The notes under the pieces are model-generated. The model was not told the DNA's origin. It saw nothing but the letters and a program-made list of their open reading frames with translations, and did no database searches. Positions 57,397 through 64,000 of a stretch of DNA of 64,000 bases are shown here, in pieces; within the stretch, counting starts at the first letter, position 1, and every line of letters begins with the position of its first letter. The stretch lies in the NCBI GenBank assembly GCA_026708035.1, contig JAPOVQ010000013.1:9372-73371 (forward strand), given 5' to 3'. Made by a program: the position numbers and the translations under genes. This DNA is from Chloroflexota bacterium. GTDB taxonomy: Bacteria; Chloroflexota; UBA11872.

Positions 57397-57669
57397 GTGG
57401 AAATTGCACTAGCCGAGGCGAAAGCACGCCTCTCTGAGCTTGTCACCGCCGCGCAGCGCGGCGAGCGCGTGGTCATTTCCAAAGATGGCGAACCCGCGGC
57501 TGAGCTTGTTCGCTGCCGCAAGGCCGGTGGCATCGACTTCGACAGGCTGAACGCGGCGCGCAAGCGGCTCGGCATCGACGAGAATGCGAACGAATGGCCG
57601 CCGGATTTCGATGATGCGGCGTTCAGCCGCCGGGTTCTCGAGCTTGAATCGCGGGACCATCGGTCATGA
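57397..57669 (+). CDS. Phd/YefM-family type II antitoxin-like small protein (orphan).
   Basis: GTG start with a GGAGG RBS 8 nt upstream. VEIALAEAKARLSELVTAAQRGERVVISKDGEPAAELVRCRK matches the Phd/YefM N-terminal fold signature. Its stop overlaps the AKR start (ATGA). Confidence 0.5.
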   Translation: MEIALAEAKARLSELVTAAQRGERVVISKDGEPAAELVRCRKAGGIDFDRLNAARKRLGIDENANEWPPDFDDAAFSRRVLELESRDHRS

Positions 57670-58637
57670 GCGACACGTGCCGCCTGGGCGGCACCGGCAT
57701 CACCGTCGGGCGGGTTGGCGTGGGCACCTGGCAATGGGGCGACACGAAGTACTGGAAGTATGGGCGGGTGCACGGGCGCGAGGACGTGGAGGCCGCCTTT
57801 GCCGCCGCGCGAGACGCCGAATGCAACCTGTTCGACACTGCCGAAATCTACGGGCGTGGCGAGTCGGAGCGGATTCTCGGGCCGCTGGCCCGCGCGTCGC
57901 GCGGAACGGTGGTGGCCACCAAGTATTGGCCGTCACCGCGGCGGTTGCGGTCCACCTCGGTCGATGACGCGATCGATCGCAGCCTGGCGCGTCTTGGTCT
58001 TGATGCCATCGACCTCTATCAGATCCACTGGCCGATGAGCCTGATTCCACAGCGAAGGCTTGCCGAGGCCCTGGCGCGCGCCGTGCGCGACCGACGCGTC
58101 CGCGCGGTGGGCGTGAGCAACTTCACTGCCCGCGCCATGCGGCGGATGCACGTGCGCCTGGCCGACCTCGGCGTGCCCCTGGCATCGAACCAGGTGGAGT
58201 ACAGCCTGCTGCGGCGCGCGCCCGAGACCAACGGCGTGCTCAAGGCGTGCCAGGAGTTGAATGTGACGCTTCTTGCGTACAGCCCGCTTGCCCAGGGCAT
58301 GCTCGGGGGCAACTACCACTTCAACAGTCGTCCGGGCGACGGCCGGCGCTGGTCGCCGCGGTTTCGCGACAAGGGCTACGAAGCCGCGGGCCCGGTGGTC
58401 GACACGCTGACCAAGGTGGCCGAACGGCACGATTGCTCCCCGGCGCAGGTGGCGCTGGCCTGGCTGCTGCGGCGCCCGGGCGTCGTGGTCATTCCCGGCG
58501 CCAAATACGCGGAGCAGGCCCGCACCAACGCCGGCGCCCTGGAGATCACGCTCACGCCCGAGGACGAGCGCGAGCTCGACGTCAAGACCGAGAAGTTCAA
58601 GTACGGGTCCCTGCTTGCCCGACCTTTTATGGGATAA
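57666..58637 (+). CDS. Aldo/keto reductase.
   Basis: LGGTGITVGRVGVGTWQWGD..., DTAEIYGRGESERILG, IDLYQIHWP. Confidence 0.8.
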   Translation: MSDTCRLGGTGITVGRVGVGTWQWGDTKYWKYGRVHGREDVEAAFAAARDAECNLFDTAEIYGRGESERILGPLARASRGTVVATKYWPSPRRLRSTSVDDAIDRSLARLGLDAIDLYQIHWPMSLIPQRRLAEALARAVRDRRVRAVGVSNFTARAMRRMHVRLADLGVPLASNQVEYSLLRRAPETNGVLKACQELNVTLLAYSPLAQGMLGGNYHFNSRPGDGRRWSPRFRDKGYEAAGPVVDTLTKVAERHDCSPAQVALAWLLRRPGVVVIPGAKYAEQARTNAGALEITLTPEDERELDVKTEKFKYGSLLARPFMG

Positions 58638-58655
58638 ACGCCGTCCCGGCGGTGG

Positions 58656-59423
58656 CTACTCCTCTGCCGCCACCGGGTTCGACAACACGCCGCACCCGTC
58701 CACGTGCACCTCGACCACGTCGCCGGGCTTGAGCGCGGTCGTCGACTGCGGAGTGCCGGAGAAGATGACGTCGCCCGGCTCGAGCGTCATGTGCTGCGAG
58801 ATGAAACTCAAGGTCGTGTCGATGTCGTGCACCATGTCGTCCTTGGTGTTGGTCGACTGAACCACTTCGCCGTTGACCAGGGTCTTCAGGTTGATGTCGC
58901 GATAGTTCAATCCGGTGGTGATCCACGGCCCGAACGGTGAGAAGGTGTCGCCGCCCTTGGCGCGCCACCACTGCACGTCCTTGTCGTCGCCGTTTTGCCA
59001 ATCGCGCTCGCTGACGTCGTTGGCGGGGCAAATGCCGAGGATGTGGTTCGGAGCGTCGTCAACCGAGACCTTGTGCGCCCGCTTGCCGATGATGACGGCG
59101 ATCTCGCCCTCGTAGTCGACGTTGACGCTGCCGGCCGGAATCACAATGTCGTCCCCCGGGTCGATCACCGACGACGGCGGGGCCAGGAAGGGCTGCGGCC
59201 GCGTGAACGGCGGGCTGTCGCCCAGGTGGCTGTAGAAGTTTCCGGCAATGTTCAGGATCTTGCTCGGCATCGTCGGCGACTTGAGCTTCACGTCGCTGAG
59301 CGCGGCGACAGCGCCGGTGCGCTGCAGGTCGCCGAAGAAATCGCCCTCGATCTCGGCGACGTTGTCGCCCTCGCGGATGCCGTGGCGAATCTCACCCTGA
59401 TATTCGTAGCGAACGAGGTCCAT
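58656..59423 (-). CDS. Fumarylacetoacetate hydrolase (FAH)-family protein (2-keto-4-pentenoate hydratase / diketo-acid hydrolase type).
   Basis: NIAGNFYSHLGDSPPF..PFLAPPSSVIDPGDDIVIPAGSVNVDYEGEIAVIIGKRAHKVSVDDAPNHILGICPANDVSERDWQ. Confidence 0.7.
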   Translation of the reverse strand: MDLVRYEYQGEIRHGIREGDNVAEIEGDFFGDLQRTGAVAALSDVKLKSPTMPSKILNIAGNFYSHLGDSPPFTRPQPFLAPPSSVIDPGDDIVIPAGSVNVDYEGEIAVIIGKRAHKVSVDDAPNHILGICPANDVSERDWQNGDDKDVQWWRAKGGDTFSPFGPWITTGLNYRDINLKTLVNGEVVQSTNTKDDMVHDIDTTLSFISQHMTLEPGDVIFSGTPQSTTALKPGDVVEVHVDGCGVLSNPVAAEE

Positions 59424-59495
59424 GAGCCGTGCCTTTCGCAGATGGCGTTGCGTCCCGCGCAGGATACGCGCTCGCCGCCCGGCCTTGTCGGCGGG

Positions 59496-60449
59496 TCAGT
59501 CGCGCGGCAGGGCGTCCGCGCGGCGCAGGGCGCCGAATACTTCGAGCTGCTGGCGCTCCAGCTTCGTCCAATAGGCCGCGAAATCAACGTCCGACCAGTC
59601 GCAGAAGCCGCGCCCGGTCTTGAGCCCCAGATGTCCTTCGGCCGCCAGGTCGCGGAGCGAGGCGTGCGGCTCCGAGGCGTTGGAAAGGTCCGGCCAGACG
59701 CGCTCGGCGCCTCTTGTCGTGATGTCAAGTCCAACGAGATCGCGGTCGCGGATCACGCCCATGAGCGGCATGCGCGGACCGAACGAGAAGCCGGCAAGCT
59801 CGTCGATGTCCTCGGCGGAGATCACGCCGCGCTCCACCAGGTCCAGCGCCTCGCGGAACAGCGCCTGGCGCAGGCGATTGGCCACCTGCCCCGGCAGGTC
59901 CACGTTGATGCGCACGGGGCGCAGGCCGGCCCCGCGCAGGAGCGCGAGCACCCGCGTGACGGTGGCCTCGGAGGTCTGCTCGCCCTTGGTGACCTCGACC
60001 ATGGGGATGATGTAGGCCGGGCGGAAGAAATGGGTGGTGGTGAAGCGGTCGGGACGGTCGGTGGCGTCGGCGAGGACGCGAATCGGAATGCTCGAGGTGT
60101 TGGTCGCCAGAATCGTCTCGGGACGCAGGTGCGGCGCCAGGTTGCCGTAGACCTCGCGCTTGATCTCGGCGTCTTCGGCGACGGCCTCGATGATGAGCTT
60201 GGCCGGCGCCAGGGCGGCGAGATCGGTGGAGGTGTCGATGCGCGGCAGGACGGCGTCGGCCGCGTCAGCGTCGAGCCACTCGTACTCCACGAGCAGGTCG
60301 AGGTTTTGGCGGATCTTCGCGCGGGCGCGATCGAAGGCCGTGGGGTCGGTGTCGACCATCACCACCGGGTGGCCCGCCGCAGCGAAGACCTGGGCAATGC
60401 CGTGGCCCATGAGGCCCGCACCCAGGACGCCAATCGTTTCCGCGCTCAT
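59496..60449 (-). CDS. 3-hydroxyacyl-CoA (3-hydroxybutyryl-CoA) dehydrogenase.
   Basis: IGVLGAGLMGHGIAQVFAAAGHPVVMVD Rossmann; typical HADH N- and C-domains. Confidence 0.8.
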   Translation of the reverse strand: MSAETIGVLGAGLMGHGIAQVFAAAGHPVVMVDTDPTAFDRARAKIRQNLDLLVEYEWLDADAADAVLPRIDTSTDLAALAPAKLIIEAVAEDAEIKREVYGNLAPHLRPETILATNTSSIPIRVLADATDRPDRFTTTHFFRPAYIIPMVEVTKGEQTSEATVTRVLALLRGAGLRPVRINVDLPGQVANRLRQALFREALDLVERGVISAEDIDELAGFSFGPRMPLMGVIRDRDLVGLDITTRGAERVWPDLSNASEPHASLRDLAAEGHLGLKTGRGFCDWSDVDFAAYWTKLERQQLEVFGALRRADALPRD

Positions 60450-60531
60450 TCGGCAAGTCCGCTCGCTGCGATTGCGCGCGCCATGCTACTAGAGCGGCGC
60501 ACTTGAGCGGCCTGAGTTCCGCCGGAACGAC

Positions 60532-61380
60532 TCACTCGCCGGTCGCGGCAGGCGTCGAGTACTCGGCGATGAACCGCCGCAGCATGGGAATGGCGGCGGC
60601 GATGTCGGCGCGCTCGTCGCCCTGGCCCTCGTACACCAGGCTCACCCAGCCGTTGTAGGACACGCCGCGCAGCGCGCGGAATATGCGCTCATAGTCCAGG
60701 CTGGTCTCGCGGCCGTCGCGCATCTCGTAGATCTTGGCGCGCACGTGCGTGGCCAAGGGCGCGGTCTGCTCGATGCTGGCGAGATAGTCGTAAGCGCCGC
60801 GATCAGGGTCCGCGGCATATCCGCTGGCGCCGGGCGATCCGGCGTATTGCCCGCAGTCGAGCACGTGTCCCATGTTTCGATGGGCCACGTCCTGCAGCAG
60901 GCGCTGCACGTCTTCCCCCGTGCGCGCGATCTGCAGGTGATTGTGGTTTTGCAAACTGACCCGCACGCCCAGCTCAGCGCCAAGCGCGGCCGACTGCCGC
61001 AGCGCCGCGACGCAGCGCGTCCACGCGGCAGACTCGTCGCCGGGCTCCGCCGTGCCGGCGAAGACCCGCACCTGCGGCGCCTTCAGCCGCGCCGCCGCGC
61101 GAATCCAACGGTGGGTCATGGCGATTTGCTCGTGCAAATCGGCGGCCGGACTGGCGTACGTGTTGCCGATCGAGACGCACGGGATCGAGAGTCCGCGGTG
61201 GAGACACGCGCGCGCGACTTCGTCGAGCACGCGGTGGTCGTCCGACGGAAGCCCAAGCGCGTGCAGGTCCACACCGTCGAATCCGAGGTCCCTGGCCACG
61301 TCGAGGAACGACCAGACGTCCATCGCGCCCGCCGCGAATGCGCGCTTGAACGAGAGCGAGAGCAGACAGAGTTTCATCAT
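60532..61380 (-). CDS. Sugar phosphate isomerase/epimerase (xylose-isomerase-like TIM barrel).
   Basis: MMKLCLLSLSFKRAFAAGAMDVWSFLDVARDLGFDGVDLH...; typical AP-endonuclease-2/Xyl-isomerase-like layout. Confidence 0.65.
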   Translation of the reverse strand: MMKLCLLSLSFKRAFAAGAMDVWSFLDVARDLGFDGVDLHALGLPSDDHRVLDEVARACLHRGLSIPCVSIGNTYASPAADLHEQIAMTHRWIRAAARLKAPQVRVFAGTAEPGDESAAWTRCVAALRQSAALGAELGVRVSLQNHNHLQIARTGEDVQRLLQDVAHRNMGHVLDCGQYAGSPGASGYAADPDRGAYDYLASIEQTAPLATHVRAKIYEMRDGRETSLDYERIFRALRGVSYNGWVSLVYEGQGDERADIAAAIPMLRRFIAEYSTPAATGE

Positions 61381-61449
61381 CGGGTCATCGCCTCTCTTGG
61401 TGGAACGTTGCCCGCGTCGGGCCGTCCGGCGGGCACTGCGGCGGTTTGC

Positions 61450-63414
61450 TCATCCGGGAAGTGGTACGCCGACGATCCGTACGCCCGAAAACACGACGTA
61501 GTCGCGACCCGGATCGACCAATCCCGTGCAACCCACCGAAAGCTTCGGGTATTCGTATGCCAAGCCATCTTCGACGTAGCGTTCCTCGTCGTCGATCAAC
61601 AGCTGAACCGATCCGGCGTCATATACAAGTATCAGCGTGTACGACGTTGAATCCGCGGGGATCGCCACATTCTCGTCGGATGCCACGACCTCGAGGTGGC
61701 CGTCGGTCATGCGAACCCACGTGAACAGCGACCGCTCACCGTTCCAAATGTGGGGCCCCAGATACAGCGTGTCGCGGTTCTGGAACCCGGTGTCGAACGC
61801 ATCGTTGAAGGTGATCACCGCCGCGGCGGCGCCAAACGTTTCGATCGTCGTTCCCAAGGCGAAGTTGATGCTCGCAGACTCGAGATTGGATCCCCCGAAG
61901 CCGTCGCAGCGGACCCGCTCGCTCCGTTGCAACAGCTCGGGTTGTCCCGGCGGCGGGATTTCCGGCGGCGCTTCGCCGACGCGGATGTCTTCGCGCCAGG
62001 CATCGATCAATGCGCGCACTTCGGAACCGGGAATGACGAAGTTCGTGTTCTGGAGGTCGGCAAACCCGGCCACGGTTACGCCGATGACTTCGCCCGACGT
62101 CGTGGCGACGGCACCGCCGCTGCTCCCGGGGTTCAACGCGGCGTCGGTCTGGAGATAGCCGACCCCTTCATTGACGACGCGATTGGACAATACACCGGTC
62201 GTCACCGTCGGCAACGGTGGACAGTTGGAGCCGCGCTGGACCAGCGTCACGCTGTAGCCGAGCGCCACCAGCTCGTCGCCGACCTGCACGGCGTCGGAGT
62301 CGCCCCAGATCACCGGGACGTGGCCCTTGTCCGGGACCTTCAGCAGGGCAATGTCGCGATCGGCGTCACCCGCCACGATCTCCGCCTCAGCGATGAAGCC
62401 CCCTGGACTCGACACGACGATGCCGTCGGCGTCTTGCACGACGTGCCAGTTCGTGACGGCATAGCCGTCGGCGGTGACGAAGAAGGCCGACCCGCAACCC
62501 TTATCGGTCTGCACGCGCAGCAGGGACAGCTGAAGGAACTCCGCCGCGTCGGCCACGGTTGGGCCGCGAGGCCCGCGGCGACTTTCGAGTCCGAGTTCGA
62601 GCGGATCGCCGGCCGCCAGCGGCGCTTCGGGGGCAAACGCCAGGTATTGCCGCCAAGCGCCGAAGGGATATCGGCTGTCGCGCACGGTGTCCCCGAGCAA
62701 GCGCAGCTTAACGGGCGATCCCGGCGACTCCGGGTGGTATTCGAGCACCGCCGCCTGGAAGTACTGGCGAATGCGGTTATCGACCGGCCGCGTGGGGTCG
62801 TGCAGCACAGCCTGCGAGTGATCGTCGCGCCGAGCGTCGGTCTTGGGGAAGCCGAATGACTCGACGCCGCCGAGCCGGTAGAAGAAGTCGGCGAAGCCGG
62901 TGCTCTCACCTTCGACCGAGACGTTTGAGGCCTTGTGCCCCCAGGGACCGAGCGCCTCGCCGGGGTTGGGATTGGTGAGGTCCGGCTCGACGCCCTGATC
63001 CTCCGATCCGCCCAGCCCGCCGCCCAGGTAGTCCCACGCGAGGCGGCGGAGGAACGTGTGGGCGCCCCCGCCGGGCGGCGGCCGCCAGTCCACCACGCCG
63101 CGCTGGTAGTACTGCGTCAGTGTTCCGGGCGTCTCCTCGACGATGGCCGAGGTCGGGAACCCCCAGCGATCCAGGCCGCCGGTTCGCTCGAAGTGCTGTA
63201 GGAAGCTCGCCGTGTAGCCATGGCCGTCCGCGAAGGTGCCGGAGATGTCAGCCACGTTGTGCTCGAGTTCCGGGAAGTACCTGGCGGCAGAAACCTGCGC
63301 GGTGGCAAATCCCGATTCAGCCGCGAAGACCGGCGACGGTGCGACGAGGATCGCGACGGCGATGACAATCGCAAGCTCCCGCGCCAGCGCCTTTCCAGTG
63401 ACCGCCCGCGACAT
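61450..63414 (-). CDS. Secreted trypsin-like (S1C/HtrA-type) serine protease with an N-terminal LGFP-like repeat region.
   Basis: Signal-peptide-like MSRAVTGKALARELAIVIAVAILVAPSPVFA; LGFP-type repeat GGLDRWGFPTSAIVEETPGTLTQYYQRGVVDW; protease core GSAFFVTADGYAVTNWHVV, DRDIALLKV, GSSGGAV. Confidence 0.6.
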   Translation of the reverse strand: MSRAVTGKALARELAIVIAVAILVAPSPVFAAESGFATAQVSAARYFPELEHNVADISGTFADGHGYTASFLQHFERTGGLDRWGFPTSAIVEETPGTLTQYYQRGVVDWRPPPGGGAHTFLRRLAWDYLGGGLGGSEDQGVEPDLTNPNPGEALGPWGHKASNVSVEGESTGFADFFYRLGGVESFGFPKTDARRDDHSQAVLHDPTRPVDNRIRQYFQAAVLEYHPESPGSPVKLRLLGDTVRDSRYPFGAWRQYLAFAPEAPLAAGDPLELGLESRRGPRGPTVADAAEFLQLSLLRVQTDKGCGSAFFVTADGYAVTNWHVVQDADGIVVSSPGGFIAEAEIVAGDADRDIALLKVPDKGHVPVIWGDSDAVQVGDELVALGYSVTLVQRGSNCPPLPTVTTGVLSNRVVNEGVGYLQTDAALNPGSSGGAVATTSGEVIGVTVAGFADLQNTNFVIPGSEVRALIDAWREDIRVGEAPPEIPPPGQPELLQRSERVRCDGFGGSNLESASINFALGTTIETFGAAAAVITFNDAFDTGFQNRDTLYLGPHIWNGERSLFTWVRMTDGHLEVVASDENVAIPADSTSYTLILVYDAGSVQLLIDDEERYVEDGLAYEYPKLSVGCTGLVDPGRDYVVFSGVRIVGVPLPG

Positions 63415-63608
63415 CTCGACCGGACGTGGAATGGCGCAGTTCCCCAGGGCGCGCGAAGTCGCCGCCTAGCATGGCGTGGTGCGCTAACGATGTCGAGCGG
63501 CTTGCTGCCGCGTCCGGTTGCGCGCGCTGGCCGCGATTCGGTGAGAATGCGTGGCCACGGCAATCGTCGAAACCGGCCGAGATCGGTGGACGGGATGCGC
63601 GAACGACC

Positions 63609-64000
63609 ATGACGAACAAGGACGCGGCCGATCTGCTGGAAGCGTTCGCGGACGTGCTGGAGCTCCGCGGCGCCAATCAGTTTCGCGTGCGAGCGTTTCG
63701 CACGGCCTCGCGCCGGGTGGACGGGCTGACCGTCGACCTGGGCGAGCTGGTCGCGAGCGACTCGCTGGAGTCCGTGCCGGGCATCGGTAAGGGAATCGCG
63801 GGATTCCTGCGCGAACTCGTCACCACGGGACGTGTCGCGGAATACGAGGAGTTGCGAGCGGAGATTCCGCCCGGCGTCTTCGAGATGCTGCGAGTGCCCG
63901 GCCTCGGCCCGAAGACCGCGGCGACGCTCTATTCGAAGCTGGAGATCACCAGCATCGACGAGTTGGAAGCGGCGGCGCGAGCGAACGAGCTGGCGCAGGT
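63609..64000 (+). CDS. DNA polymerase X family protein (PolX), N-terminal 8-kDa/HhH part; partial, continues past the window end.
   Basis: Own translation from the ATG at 63609: MTNKDAADLLEAFADVLELRGANQFRVRAFRTASRRVDGLTVDLGELVASDSLESVPGIGKGIAGFLRELVTTGRVAEYEELRAEIPPGVFEMLRVPGLGPKTAATLYSKLEITSIDELEAAARANELAQ. No stop in window, so it is not in the track. Confidence 0.7.
   Translation, partial: MTNKDAADLLEAFADVLELRGANQFRVRAFRTASRRVDGLTVDLGELVASDSLESVPGIGKGIAGFLRELVTTGRVAEYEELRAEIPPGVFEMLRVPGLGPKTAATLYSKLEITSIDELEAAARANELAQ

Noticed and set aside
57244-57669. 141 aa ORF as listed in the track
   Set aside because: Its 5' part runs through the tRNA-Arg gene. Only the distal part from the GTG at 57397 (with RBS) is plausible as the Phd/YefM-like CDS.

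Overview
High-GC (~68-70%) chromosomal window, probably from an actinobacterial- or Chloroflexi-like genome (Tat signals, Pro/Thr linkers). About 45 protein genes, 2 tRNAs, no rRNA and no CRISPR array. Content is mostly carbohydrate-active enzymes and sugar-acid catabolism: three paralogs of a ~550-600 aa hydrolase-like protein, GH32-like, GH42, GH116-like, two BNR/sialidase-like genes, an L-rhamnonate-dehydratase-like enolase, an HpcH aldolase, an amidohydrolase_2 and an FAH-family gene. Housekeeping genes (purE, isocitrate dehydrogenase family, dTDP-glucose 4,6-dehydratase, 3-hydroxyacyl-CoA dehydrogenase) are also present. The accessory genes are the main interest. (1) A two-gene operon at 14611..23306 on the minus strand encodes a ~1045 aa domain-less protein followed by a 1820 aa DEXH helicase with a C-terminal DUF1998-like Cys cluster. 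This matches the DruH-DruE architecture of Druantia type III, or a new helicase-based defense system. (2) A thioredoxin-fold redoxin lipoprotein gene is split by an in-frame TGA exactly at the first Cys of a UxxC motif, with a hairpin about 12 nt downstream, making it a candidate selenoprotein. (3) There is a toxin-antitoxin cluster: a hicAB locus in which hicA appears disrupted by a palindromic repeat insertion, an Xre/RES pair, and an orphan Phd/YefM-like antitoxin. (4) Two low-GC insertions carry a GmrSD-like (DUF262/DUF1524) type IV restriction enzyme and a membrane-anchored trypsin-like protease. (5) A mosaic family of palindromic intergenic repeats, built from at least three modules, fills many intergenic regions and includes a tandem duplication at ~49.8-50.1 kb. 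Many ORFs in the six-frame track are antisense or alternate-frame artefacts typical of high-GC DNA and were not called. My reading of the sequence disagreed with the track by +/-1 nt in two places, so coordinates derived by my own reading are +/-1-2 nt.
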